Assembly: GCA_965232515.1 (NCBI GenBank)
Contig: CBDDPY010000002.1
Location: forward strand, 1,536,001-1,600,000
DNA from: Alphaproteobacteria bacterium
GTDB taxonomy: Bacteria > Pseudomonadota > Alphaproteobacteria > GCA-2731375
DNA length: 64,000 nucleotides
Reading direction: 5' to 3'
Shown: positions 9,551 through 19,311 of the stretch, one piece after another
Numbering within the stretch: the stretch's first letter is position 1
Layout of the letters: every line of letters starts with the position of its first letter
Program-made: the position numbers and the translations under genes
The notes under the pieces: model-generated
What the model was told of the DNA's origin: nothing
What the model saw: only the letters and a program-made list of their open reading frames with translations
Database searches by the model: none

Positions 9551-9632
9551 GCGAGGGACCTTTCGAGAAAGACGGCGCCGAGAATTTCCGGATAACGGGT
9601 AACCAATCCGGATGTTTCCAGGTTCGGGTAAA

Positions 9633-9812
9633 CGGAAAGCTAAGACGCCGCGGGACTTGCCGACGGGTCAGGTCGGCCAGGCGCTCGGGTTCCCCCTTTT
9701 CCGTCACACCTTGCGGCCTGGACCGGCTTCCCGAAGATCGCCCCCAACCACGCAAAGCGCACCGCCCTCTCCGGCCCCCCGATCCCAACGAGGCGCCGGT
9801 GCTGACGTTTGA
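9633..9812 (+). pseudogene. Second, more decayed copy of the DUF2855-like remnant
   Basis: CGGAAAGCTAAGACGCC...AACGAGGCGCCGGTGCTGACG aligns with 4036-4253. Confidence 0.45.
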
Positions 9813-9872
9813 ACCGTGACCGTGCGCAATTTCCGCCGCTGTTTCATGTGGTGTCACCGCAATCCAAGAAGG

Positions 9873-9893
9873 TCTTGAACGACCGGTATAGAC
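9873..9893. promoter_or_regulatory. NemR-like TetR operator (autoregulatory)
   Basis: TTGAACGACCGGTATA resembles TAGACC-N4-GGTCTA. Confidence 0.55.
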
Positions 9894-9937
9894 CAACTAC
9901 GTTCCGAAGGAACTAGCAGTCGTGTCAGGACAAACCG

Positions 9938-10522
9938 ATGCCGTGGGTAAAAGACTTCGACGTCGATGCAGCGGTCGATCGCGCCATGAACGTCTTCTGG
10001 GCGAAAGGCTACGACTCCACCTCGATCTCCGATCTGACGGAGGCCATGCAGATCAACAAAGGCAGCCTCTACAACGCCTTTGGGAGCAAGAAGGCGTTGT
10101 TCACGCAGGCGCTGCTGAAATATGACCGCGAAAACCGGCAGGCGTCGATCAAGCAGCTCGAGGCCATGGACGACCCGGTTGCCGCGATCCGAGCCTTGTT
10201 CGACTCGCTGATTGCCCAGAGCCGGGCCGACACCGAGCGCAAGGGTTGCCTCCTGGTCAATACCGCCCTCGATCTGCCGAACCATACGGAAGAGGTTCAG
10301 CGCATGGTCACGGCGGCGCTGAAGGATTTCGAACAGTTTTTTCTCCGCACGATCAAGCGTGCGCAAGCGCGGGGCCAAGTGCCCGCAGGGCTGGATGCGC
10401 GCGAGGCGGCGAAGTCGCTTCTGACCCAGGTTGTCGGCCTTCGGGTTCTGGCGCGCGGCGCCTTCGACGCCAAGAGCCTGAAGGCGATCGGGACCCAGGC
10501 GCTCGCACACCTATCCGCCTAG
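9938..10522 (+). CDS. TetR/AcrR regulator, NemR/ComR-like
   Basis: N-terminal TetR HTH (FWAKGYDSTSISDL...SLYNAFGSK); GCLLVN motif. Confidence 0.9.
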   Translation: MPWVKDFDVDAAVDRAMNVFWAKGYDSTSISDLTEAMQINKGSLYNAFGSKKALFTQALLKYDRENRQASIKQLEAMDDPVAAIRALFDSLIAQSRADTERKGCLLVNTALDLPNHTEEVQRMVTAALKDFEQFFLRTIKRAQARGQVPAGLDAREAAKSLLTQVVGLRVLARGAFDAKSLKAIGTQALAHLSA

Positions 10523-10573
10523 TTATCTGCCGTTAAAGAGAAAATGCGGTCGGGACATTTTTTCTCGGCTTAA

Positions 10574-10630
10574 TCTTGACCGACCGGTATAAACAAGCCA
10601 TGTAGGTTTATACCAACTGGTTAAAACAAC
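10574..10630 (+). promoter_or_regulatory. Promoter with two NemR-like boxes (copy 1)
   Basis: TTGACCGACCGGTATA and TATACCAACTGGTTAA; near-identical to 14909-14964. Confidence 0.65.
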
Positions 10631-10725
10631 CACTTCTGACCTGTGAGCCGAAACCCGCATGGTCCAAAGACATGGGCCAAGACTGTTCGGAAATGACAGG
10701 CACAGTTCCTCGGGGGGTGACGGCC

Positions 10726-12606
10726 ATGTCCGCAATGGCGCATATCAACGAGATCGACCGCGCCCTGGGCGGCGCACCGACCGGACGGGATGCCGCCGTC
10801 GTGGCCTCCTGGAAACGTTGTGTCGAGGTACACGGGCTCGATCCGGCGCGCCCGAGCCCCGCACATATCGTCACGGCGACGAAACTCAAAGAGCATCGGG
10901 AACAGTCCGAACGGTTGATCGCAATGGCCCGAAGCGGTCTCGAGGCCTTGTTTCGCCAGGTGGTGGGACAGAAGTATGTCCTTCTCCTCGCTGACCAAGA
11001 AGGGGTGACGGTCGACTACTTCGGCGATCCTTCCTGTGAGACTGAGCTGCGCGATGCGGGGCTCCATCTCGGATCGAACTGGTCGGAGAACCTCGCCGGA
11101 ACCTGTGGCGTCGGATCCTGCATCGTGACCGGTGAAGCAATGACGATTCACCAGAGCGATCACTTCGATGTCACCCATACCCCGCTCAGCTGCTCGGCCG
11201 CGCCGATTTTTGACACCAACGGCGCCTTGTCCGCTGTGCTCGACATATCGCTTCTGAGGCCGCCTCAGCCGAAAGTGAGTCAGAACCTGGCATTGGCGCT
11301 CGTAAAGGCTTCGGCCCGCCGCATCGAACTTGCCAACGTAATGGCGATGATGGGTTCCGAATGGGTGTTGCGTTTCTCCCATCTGCCGGAACTCCTGGAC
11401 GTCGACCCTGATGCGGCAGTCGCGCTTGACGGCTCGGGCCGTATCATTGGCATGACGAACGGCGCCGCGCGTATCCTGGGGCGGACGAGCGGGATCGATT
11501 GGCGCCACGGCGAGATGATCGTCGGCCAGCCCCTCTCGTCGTTTTTCGAAATGACCATTGACGATCTGCCGAACGTAACCAGTGCGCGGCCGACCGAGGA
11601 ACGGGTGATTTACCTGCGCGACGGTTCTGCGATGTTCGGGCAGGCGATTTCCCCACAGCACAGCACCAACGCAATAATCTCGGCCCGCAGCGGATTGCCG
11701 GCGCCGCTGCAAGCGCTCAGTGGAGACGATCCGGAAATGCGGTCGCTGGAACGCAAGGCCGCCAAACTGGCCGCTGGCGCCATGCCGATCCTGATCCGTG
11801 GCGAAACCGGCGTCGGAAAGGAGCGCCTCGCGCGGGCGATCCACGCGGGCCGGGGCAAAGACAAACCGTTTGTCGCGGTAAACTGCGCTGCAATACCCGA
11901 ACCACTGTTGGAAGCCGAGTTGTTCGGAAGCACCGGCGTTCACGGGCCTACCCGGCACGGGCTTATCGAAACAGCCAATGGCGGAACGCTCTTCCTCGAT
12001 GAAATCGGCGACATGCCGGTGAGCGTCCAGGCGCGACTGCTTCGCTTTCTGTCCGAAGGCGAAGTCCAGCCGCTTGGTTCGCATATGCCGCTGAAGCTCA
12101 AGATCAAGGTTATCTCCGCGTCGCATCGCGATATCGAGCAGATGGTGAGCGAGGGCCAGTTCCGGCAGGATCTATTCTTCAGGCTCGCGGCGGCGACACT
12201 TACGATCCCGCCGCTGCGCGAGCGGCGGGATTTCGATTGGCTGCTGGATCAGCTCCTGCGTCAGCGCACGATCACGCTGCCTGATACCTATCGCCTGACG
12301 ATGGCCGCCCGTATCGAGCTCAAGCATCGCATTTGGCCGGGCAACATTCGCGAGCTGATCAACACGCTCGATGTGGCGGTTGCCATGTCGGCAACTGACG
12401 TGATTGAACTTGAAGACCTGCCGCGGCCGGTACTGCCGGTCGTGCCCGTCGGTGTGCCGACCGGGGACGACGGCGCTCTCGGCGAGCTCGAAACGGTTCT
12501 GAAGGCCTGCGATTGGAACATCTCCCGCGCGGCGCGGCGTCTTGGCGTCGACCGCAGCACGGTGCATCGCCGAATGCGGCGGCTCGGAATCCGGCGGCCC
12601 AACTGA
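10726..12606 (+). CDS. GAF-AAA+-Fis regulator (AcoR-like) lacking GAFTGA
   Basis: GAF domain, Walker A GETGVGKE, FLDEIGD, WPGNIREL, Fis HTH. Confidence 0.9.
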   Translation: MSAMAHINEIDRALGGAPTGRDAAVVASWKRCVEVHGLDPARPSPAHIVTATKLKEHREQSERLIAMARSGLEALFRQVVGQKYVLLLADQEGVTVDYFGDPSCETELRDAGLHLGSNWSENLAGTCGVGSCIVTGEAMTIHQSDHFDVTHTPLSCSAAPIFDTNGALSAVLDISLLRPPQPKVSQNLALALVKASARRIELANVMAMMGSEWVLRFSHLPELLDVDPDAAVALDGSGRIIGMTNGAARILGRTSGIDWRHGEMIVGQPLSSFFEMTIDDLPNVTSARPTEERVIYLRDGSAMFGQAISPQHSTNAIISARSGLPAPLQALSGDDPEMRSLERKAAKLAAGAMPILIRGETGVGKERLARAIHAGRGKDKPFVAVNCAAIPEPLLEAELFGSTGVHGPTRHGLIETANGGTLFLDEIGDMPVSVQARLLRFLSEGEVQPLGSHMPLKLKIKVISASHRDIEQMVSEGQFRQDLFFRLAAATLTIPPLRERRDFDWLLDQLLRQRTITLPDTYRLTMAARIELKHRIWPGNIRELINTLDVAVAMSATDVIELEDLPRPVLPVVPVGVPTGDDGALGELETVLKACDWNISRAARRLGVDRSTVHRRMRRLGIRRPN

Positions 12607-12612
12607 AGCGAC

Positions 12613-12661
12613 CTGCTGCAAACTGTTGCACGGACTGTTGCATGCGATAGCAGCCGCAACA
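12613..12661. promoter_or_regulatory. Putative Fis-HTH activator binding sites
   Basis: CTG(C/T)TGCA three times and inverted TGTTGC-N14-GCAACA. Confidence 0.45.
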
Positions 12662-13120
12662 CATTGCGCGACCTTTTTTGTTGTTGACGGTTTGGTCGAC
12701 CGAAAAACGCTTCACCGCAAAGCCGTTCATCGAGAAAATTTCTCCAAAGCAAAAGCAAAAAAGTGCCATGGGAGAAAGCTCGATGTCCGACTTGGTTGAG
12801 CTCATCCAAACTGTCCGACGTCTGAATACGCCTGGCTGCGCCGGCCGTATCGCGCCGTTGACCGGATAGCTTTGCACTTCCATTAGCACCACGGCCGGGC
12901 TCGCCCGAGGCGCGCCACGACGCCCGGATACCGGGCCGGACCGGACGGGTACCTGGACATCCGAAAGCCTTGGCTTTTGGCGCGTCTCCACACGTCCGGG
13001 GACCTGAGCAGTGGAGGACGGATGTCATGCAATTCAGCAGAGATGAACCGATCGCCGCCTGGCGTGCCGATTGAGAAAGCGATCTGCAACTTCCGCACCA
13101 ACAACTTCGAGGACATCATC

Positions 13121-14662
13121 GTGAAAGAGAACAGGACACGACCACCTCACGGCGTACACATGAGCGAAGCAGAAATGGTACAGCTCGCGGGCGCGGAGAC
13201 CGCCGCTTTCTCATCGCCGGTGCCGACTCAGATCATCTCCAACGGCGAGTACAATCCGCTTCCGCAAACGCCCAAGCAAAAGCAGGTCGAGGCGCTCATC
13301 AAGGAGTACGGCGACACCTACGGCGAGAAGCAGGGTCTCGACCGCCGCAGCTTTCTCCGCTCCGCTTCGGGTATGGCTGCCGCGTTCCTTGCCATGAACG
13401 AGGTGTTCGGGCCGATCTGGTCGGTCTCCGCCGCCGAAGCGCAAGACCGCGATGCCGCCGACGAGCGCGCCGAGAGGTACCGCAATCAGTTCATATTCGA
13501 CGACCAAACCCACTTCGTCCGCGACGACTTCGACAAAGAAGGTCTGCTCGATCTCGGTCACTACGCCGCCAAGCACTGGAACCCAAGAATTCTCGATGAC
13601 ATGCCGATGGAGCTTGGGCGGTTCAAGTTCCAGAACTATCTGAAAGAAATCTTCCTCGACAGCGACACCAAAGTCGCGCTGGTGACGAGCGCGCCGTTCG
13701 ACGAACCCGACTGGTGGCTGTTGTTCAACGACCAGATTGCCGCCGCCCGGGACACGATGAATGAGGTCGTGGGCTCACGGAGATTGCTGGCGCATTCCGT
13801 GTTCACGCCTGGCCAGGATGGGTGGCTTGAGGAAGTGGACCGCTGCATCGAACACTGCAAGCCGGAATCGTGGAAAGGCTACACCGTCGGCAATCCCCTG
13901 GCCGCGACCGCCAAAGGCACGTCCTGGCGTCTTGACGATGAAGAGACGGTCTATCCGTTCTACGAAAAGATCGTCAAAGCGGGCGGCGGGCGAGCGACCG
14001 TCTGCATACACAAGGGATTGCTGCCGGCCGACTACGAAAAGACATGGCCGGAGGTCTGGAAGACCGCAACCGTGTGGGATCTGCCCAAGGCCGCCAAGGA
14101 TTGGCCGCAGATCAACTTCGTCATCTATCACAGTGCATTGCGCGCGTGGCTGGAAGACCCGGCCCCGCTGATGGCGGAGTTCGAAAGGACTGGCTATGTC
14201 CCCTGGTCTACCGACCTAGCTCGGATCCCCAAGGAGCACGGCCTGTCGAACGTTTATGCCGACCTCGGAACGGTGTTCGCCAACGCGGCCGTGACAAACC
14301 CAAGGTTCGCCGCCGCTTTCATCGGTCAGCTGGTCAACGAGATGGGGGCCGACCGTGTCGCCTGGGGCACGGACTGTGTCTGGTACGGGTCACCGCAATG
14401 GCAGATCGAGGCCATGCGCCGCCTCGAGATCCCAGACGACTTGATGGACAAGATGGGCTGGGAGACCCGACTTGGGGCCCCGGACGGCGAGGTTAAAAGC
14501 AAGATCTTCGGCCTCAACTCGGCAAAGCTCTACAACTACGACATGCTCGCGGAATACCCCCAGCTCTCGGGCGACCAACTGGTCAAGATCAAGAGCGAGT
14601 ACGACCGTGAGGCAGTGAAGCGCAACAATGCGTTCTACGGTTATGTGCCGAAGACCAAGTAG
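13121..14662 (+). CDS. Amidohydrolase-family (amidohydro_2-like) protein with internal Tat-like motif
   Basis: GAGGA RBS with GTG start; DRRSFLR; DDQTH, CIHKG, IYH, WGTD motifs. Confidence 0.8.
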   Translation: MKENRTRPPHGVHMSEAEMVQLAGAETAAFSSPVPTQIISNGEYNPLPQTPKQKQVEALIKEYGDTYGEKQGLDRRSFLRSASGMAAAFLAMNEVFGPIWSVSAAEAQDRDAADERAERYRNQFIFDDQTHFVRDDFDKEGLLDLGHYAAKHWNPRILDDMPMELGRFKFQNYLKEIFLDSDTKVALVTSAPFDEPDWWLLFNDQIAAARDTMNEVVGSRRLLAHSVFTPGQDGWLEEVDRCIEHCKPESWKGYTVGNPLAATAKGTSWRLDDEETVYPFYEKIVKAGGGRATVCIHKGLLPADYEKTWPEVWKTATVWDLPKAAKDWPQINFVIYHSALRAWLEDPAPLMAEFERTGYVPWSTDLARIPKEHGLSNVYADLGTVFANAAVTNPRFAAAFIGQLVNEMGADRVAWGTDCVWYGSPQWQIEAMRRLEIPDDLMDKMGWETRLGAPDGEVKSKIFGLNSAKLYNYDMLAEYPQLSGDQLVKIKSEYDREAVKRNNAFYGYVPKTK

Positions 14663-14908
14663 CTGAACGCACGCGTTTCGTTTCGAAGCAATGCAAACCG
14701 GTGAATGACGCCTCCTCCGCCGTCGCGCCCGCGCGCCACGGCGGAGCGGCTGTCCATCTCAGCATGTCCGGTGGAACGTTTGCCGAGCGGTTCTGGCAGG
14801 CGGGTACCCAACCACGCGCATGGCCTTTGGCAACTCCAAGTCCAACGTGCCCGCCTAATTGCCTGTATTCAAAGGGAAAACTTGGTCGAGATATTTTTCG
14901 AAATCTAG

Positions 14909-14964
14909 TCTTGACCGATCGGTTTAAACCCACATATAGGTTTATACCGACTGGTTAAAACAAC
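14909..14964 (+). promoter_or_regulatory. Promoter with two NemR-like boxes (copy 2)
   Basis: TTGACCGATCGGTTTA and TATACCGACTGGTTAA. Confidence 0.65.
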
Positions 14965-15001
14965 ATCGGCCGCAGATCCCGAAACCCGAAAGGAAGCCCC
15001 T

Positions 15002-15568
15002 ATGTCCGAGTTCGTCACCCACACAATTGAATCCGCGCCCGAAGGCGCCAAGCCGTTCCTGCAGGGCGCGAAGGACGCCTATGCCTTCGTGCCGAACCTG
15101 CTTGGCACCATGGCGACCGCGCCGGCGCTGCTCGAGGGTTACATGACCCTGGCGGGCATCTTCGACAAAACCGATCTGACCGAGACCGAGCGCCAGATCA
15201 TCCTGATGACCAACAACCGCCTGAACGGCTGCACCTACTGCATGGCCGCGCACACGACGATCTCGCAGATGGCCAAGGTGCCGTCCGATGTTATCGACGC
15301 GCTGCGCGACAACACGCCGATCGCCGATCCCAAGCTCGAGGCGCTACGCACGTTCACGGAGATCGTGAACGAGAAGCGCGGCTGGCCGGAAGAGAGCGAG
15401 ATCGCGGCCTTCCTCGCCGCCGGCTACAGCCATCAGACCGTCCTGGAGGTCATCCTCGGCACCAGCCTGAAGGTCTTGTCGAACTACACGAACCACATCG
15501 CTCACACCAAGCTCGACGATGCCTTCGTCCCGAACACCTGGACCGATCCGGTGAAGCGCGCCGCGTAA
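15002..15568 (+). CDS. Carboxymuconolactone decarboxylase/AhpD-family protein
   Basis: NGCTYCMAAH motif. Confidence 0.88.
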   Translation: MSEFVTHTIESAPEGAKPFLQGAKDAYAFVPNLLGTMATAPALLEGYMTLAGIFDKTDLTETERQIILMTNNRLNGCTYCMAAHTTISQMAKVPSDVIDALRDNTPIADPKLEALRTFTEIVNEKRGWPEESEIAAFLAAGYSHQTVLEVILGTSLKVLSNYTNHIAHTKLDDAFVPNTWTDPVKRAA

Positions 15569-15677
15569 AGGGCTGCCAGGGGCCCGCGCCTTGGTGCGGG
15601 CCCTGCCCGGCCGGAGACGCAATCCGGCTCAACCGCCCGTCCCCATCACCTTCACCCCAAGCACGCTGGAGATATCC

Positions 15678-16682
15678 ATGCCGCCGTCCCGCATTCCTTC
15701 CCTGTTCGCCGCTCTGGCCATGGCCGCTTTGGCCGCGCCGGCCCTGGCCCAGGACGCCAACCCTTACGAGGGGTTCAAGGTCCCGCCGCTCGAGGTGTCG
15801 TCGGAGATGCCCTACGCGCACAAATTCATCGAGATCCTCGGCTCGCAGATGGCCTATGTCGATGCCGGTGAAGGCGATCCGATCCTCTTCCTGCACGGCC
15901 AACCGACCTCGTCCTATCTCTGGCGCAACATCATGCCCCACCTCGAGGACCAGGGACGGGTGATCGCGCCGGACAATATCGGCTTCGGCAAGTCCGATCA
16001 GCCGGCCCTCGCCTACACCTTCGGCGATCACTACCGGTACATCGAGGCCTTCATCGAAAAGCTGGCGCTGACCGACATCACGCTGGTGGTCCACGACTGG
16101 GGCTCGGGCCTGGGCCTGCACTATGCGGCGCAGCACCCCGACAGGATCAAAGGCATCGTGACGATGGAAGCGATCATCGCGCCGCTGATCCCGGCGAAAA
16201 GCTACGACGCCATGCCCAAGGAACTGGGCGATTTCTTCCGGACGGTGCGCGATCCGGCGACGGGCCGAAAACTGCTGATCGAGGAGAATTTCTTCGTCGA
16301 AGGCGCGTTGCCGGGCTTCATCGTCCGGCCGCTGGCGAACGACGCGCACGATGTCTACCGCCAGCCGTTCCAGACCGAGACGTCCCGCATTCAGGTCAAT
16401 CAATGGCCGAACGAGATGCCGATCGGTCAGGTGCCGCGGGAGACGCATGACGTCGTCACGGCCTACAACGCCTGGCTGGCGCAAACCGAGATTCCCTGGC
16501 TCTTCCTCTATGCCACGCCGGGCGCGCTGAACCCGCCGGCGGCGGCGGACTATTGGGCCGCGCGGGCCAAGAACATCGAGACCGTCTATATCGGCGCCGG
16601 TCTGCACTACGTGCAGGAAGACCAGCCCTATGCAATCGGCCGTGCGATCGCCGACTGGTACCGCCGGATCCAGGCGCGCTGA
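15678..16682 (+). CDS. Haloalkane dehalogenase (HLD-II-like) with Sec signal peptide
   Basis: HGQPTSSYLWR, VHDWG nucleophile motif, TMEA acid, GLHYVQED catalytic His; signal ending ALA-QD. Confidence 0.88.
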   Translation: MPPSRIPSLFAALAMAALAAPALAQDANPYEGFKVPPLEVSSEMPYAHKFIEILGSQMAYVDAGEGDPILFLHGQPTSSYLWRNIMPHLEDQGRVIAPDNIGFGKSDQPALAYTFGDHYRYIEAFIEKLALTDITLVVHDWGSGLGLHYAAQHPDRIKGIVTMEAIIAPLIPAKSYDAMPKELGDFFRTVRDPATGRKLLIEENFFVEGALPGFIVRPLANDAHDVYRQPFQTETSRIQVNQWPNEMPIGQVPRETHDVVTAYNAWLAQTEIPWLFLYATPGALNPPAAADYWAARAKNIETVYIGAGLHYVQEDQPYAIGRAIADWYRRIQAR

Positions 16683-16763
16683 ACGCGTTCTTATCAAGGC
16701 GGGCCGCGGCCTTCCCCCGGCGTCGCGGCCTACCCCTCATTCCACGCACGAGAAGGGTTCGTC

Positions 16764-17309
16764 ATGTTGCTCGACACACCGATCTGCGATTTCGGCTGGA
16801 AAGCCCCCGACTTCACCCTCCAAGACCCGGACGGCGCCAGCTTCACGATGTCCGATCACCTGGGCGACAAAGGCCTCCTGATCGCCTTCATCTGCAACCA
16901 CTGCCCCTACGTTCAGGCGGTTGCCGAGCGGCTCGCCGCCGATACCCGCACGCTGCTGGACGAAGGCATCAACGTGCTCGCCGTGATGTCGAACGACTAC
17001 CGCCACGTCCCGACGGATTCGCCGGCGAACATGAAGCTCTTTGCCCAGCACTTCGGCTTCGCCTTCCCCTACCTGGTCGATGAAGGACAATCGGTCGGCA
17101 AGGCCTACGGCGCCGTGTGCACACCCGACTTCTTTGGCTTCAACAAAGACGGCGAGCTGCAGTATCGCGGGCGGCTCGACAGCGCCGGCATGGGCGACGC
17201 GCAAAACCGACATCCCGAACTTCTGAACGCCATGCGCCAAATCGCGGCAACGGGCCAGGGCCCGCGCGAACAGGTTCCGAGCATGGGCTGTTCGATCAAG
17301 TGGAGCTGA
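16764..17309 (+). CDS. Thioredoxin-family (AhpC/TSA-like) protein
   Basis: [25 protein letters not shown]. Confidence 0.9.
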   Translation: MLLDTPICDFGWKAPDFTLQDPDGASFTMSDHLGDKGLLIAFICNHCPYVQAVAERLAADTRTLLDEGINVLAVMSNDYRHVPTDSPANMKLFAQHFGFAFPYLVDEGQSVGKAYGAVCTPDFFGFNKDGELQYRGRLDSAGMGDAQNRHPELLNAMRQIAATGQGPREQVPSMGCSIKWS

Positions 17310-17314
17310 CGATC

Positions 17315-17959
17315 ATGGCCGATATCGATCTCTACACCTGGGCAACGCCCAACGGCTGGAAAGCCTCGGCGACGCTCGAGGAACTGGAGCTGCCCTATAA
17401 CCTGAAGCCGATCGACATCACGACGGGCGACCAGAAGGCACCGGCGTATGTCGCGATCAATCCCAACGGCCGGATCCCGGCGATCGTGGATCACGCGGCC
17501 GACGGTTTCGCCGTCTTCGAATCCGGCGCGATCATGTTGTATCTCGCCGAGAAGACCGGCCGGCTGCTGCCGACGGACGCGAAAGGACGCTCGCAAGTCA
17601 TTCAGTGGCTGATGTTCCAGATGGGCGGTCTCGGCCCGATGCAAGGCCAGGCCAACGTCTTCTATCGTTACTTCCCGGAAACGATTCCGCCCGCGATCGA
17701 GCGCTATCAGAACGAAACCCGGCGACTCTACGGCGTCCTGGATGCGCACCTGGCCGACCATGCGTTTCTGGCCGGCGACTACTCCATCGCCGACATCGCC
17801 AATTGGAGCTGGGCGCGGATCCATAACTGGGCCGGCGTCGGCATTGACGAATTCCCGAACCTGAAACGCTGGCTCGATACGCTCGAGGCCCGCCCCGCGC
17901 TCATCCGCGGCGCCGCGGTTCCGCGCGAGACCAACTACAACGCGCCGGACGATACGTAA
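17315..17959 (+). CDS. Glutathione S-transferase, YfcG-like
   Basis: [20 protein letters not shown] motifs. Confidence 0.9.
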   Translation: MADIDLYTWATPNGWKASATLEELELPYNLKPIDITTGDQKAPAYVAINPNGRIPAIVDHAADGFAVFESGAIMLYLAEKTGRLLPTDAKGRSQVIQWLMFQMGGLGPMQGQANVFYRYFPETIPPAIERYQNETRRLYGVLDAHLADHAFLAGDYSIADIANWSWARIHNWAGVGIDEFPNLKRWLDTLEARPALIRGAAVPRETNYNAPDDT

Positions 17960-18001
17960 TCGGCAGGCGCCTTCGGAGTCGGTTCTGGAAATTGGAATCG
18001 A

Positions 18002-18019
18002 GTAAACTGTCACCGTAAT
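18002..18019. repeat. Right-end copy of the REP-like element
   Basis: GTAAACTGTCACCGTAAT. Confidence 0.55.
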
Positions 18020-18228
18020 CACACTGTCGCCTTAATCAGCCAGGCAAACGACGACAGTCCGCCCACAAGTTTGTCGAAGCGGAGGCCGCGCGTCTCCGGT
18101 TCCTGACTGGAGGTCTGCGACGTCGGCGCACGCTTCGATGACGGGGCGTTCGGCCGACGACGTGCCGTTGAACGAGACGCCCTAAGCCGCCTGACGCCCC
18201 TCTCCCACCGCGCCGCCACGAAACGGGG

Positions 18229-18265
18229 TTGACGTCGTCGGATATTTATATAACTTATCAGTTAT
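18229..18265 (+). promoter_or_regulatory. Putative sigma70 promoter with ArsR operator
   Basis: TTGACG-N16-TAACTT overlapping ATAAC-N6-GTTAT palindrome. Confidence 0.45.
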
Positions 18266-18635
18266 GGAACTCACTAGTTATGAAACGGGGCCACAGGACC
18301 TCGACGCGGTATTCGCGGCGCTGGCCGATCCGACGCGCCGCGCGATCCTGTCGCGGCTCGCGGCGGGCGACGCCGCGGTGAACGAGCTGGCCGCCCCTTT
18401 CGAGATGAGCCAGCCAGCGGTGTCGAAGCATCTGAAGGTGCTGGAACGGGCCGGGCTGGTCGAGCGCGATGTCGACCGGCAGCGCCGGCCGGCGCGGCTC
18501 AGGGCCGAGCCGATGGCGGCCGCCGTGAAATGGCTGGAAGAATTCAAGCGGTTCTGGTCGTCGAGCTTCGATCAGCTCGACAGCCTGCTGGACGAACTGA
18601 AACAGGCGGAGAGAAAGGGCAGAAATAATGAGTGA
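18264..18635 (+). CDS. ArsR/SmtB-family regulator
   Basis: FAALADPTRRAIL...SQPAVSKHLKVL. Confidence 0.9.
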   Translation: MELTSYETGPQDLDAVFAALADPTRRAILSRLAAGDAAVNELAAPFEMSQPAVSKHLKVLERAGLVERDVDRQRRPARLRAEPMAAAVKWLEEFKRFWSSSFDQLDSLLDELKQAERKGRNNE

Positions 18636-19122
18636 CTTGCCGACCTATGTGCTGGAGCGGGTGTTCGACGCGCCGCGCGAATTGGTGTGGCGGACCTGGA
18701 CGGAGCCCGACCTGCTGGCGCGCTGGTACGGGCCAAACGTGGAGACCATCGTCCACCGCCTGGAGGTCAAGCCGGGCGGGCTCTGGCTCAACGAAATGAA
18801 ATGGGACGGCAAGTCGAGCTATCAACGCGTCGAATACACCGAGGTCAGCCCGCCCGAGCGCCTGGTCTGGCTGCACGCCACGGCCGACGCCGACTGGACC
18901 ATCGCCGCCAACCCCATGATGCCCGACTGGCCGCGTGTCCTGCTGACCACGGTGACGTTCGAGGCCGACGGCGACCGCACCAAGCTCCGCCTCACCTGGG
19001 TCCCCCACGAAGCCACCGACGCCGAAATCGCCTGCTTCACCACCGCCCTCGCCAACCTCGACAAGGGCTGGGCCGCCGGGATGAACCTGCTCGAAGAATT
19101 GATAGCCGAATTGCAGGGGTGA
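18628..19122 (+). CDS. SRPBCC/AHA1-domain protein
   Basis: ERVFDAPRELVWRTWT...GW motif; overlaps the ArsR gene end. Confidence 0.9.
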   Translation: MSDLPTYVLERVFDAPRELVWRTWTEPDLLARWYGPNVETIVHRLEVKPGGLWLNEMKWDGKSSYQRVEYTEVSPPERLVWLHATADADWTIAANPMMPDWPRVLLTTVTFEADGDRTKLRLTWVPHEATDAEIACFTTALANLDKGWAAGMNLLEELIAELQG

Positions 19123-19311
19123 ACTGAATGTCGGACACGGCATCGCATGCAGAACACTTAACCCCTGCGAGGTCGATCCGAATAACGATCTGTACAGACC
19201 TTTGGAAATGATGGGCAGCAGCACCGGCCGTCATAAAACGCTGCCCCACGACAATCAATAAAAGTAAATCTGCTTCGCCAACGGGGTAGAATCTTTCGCA
19301 AGGAGGATGAT

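Noticed and set aside
12783-12869. PqqA or other RiPP precursor
   Set aside because: No ExxxY motif and no modifying enzymes nearby
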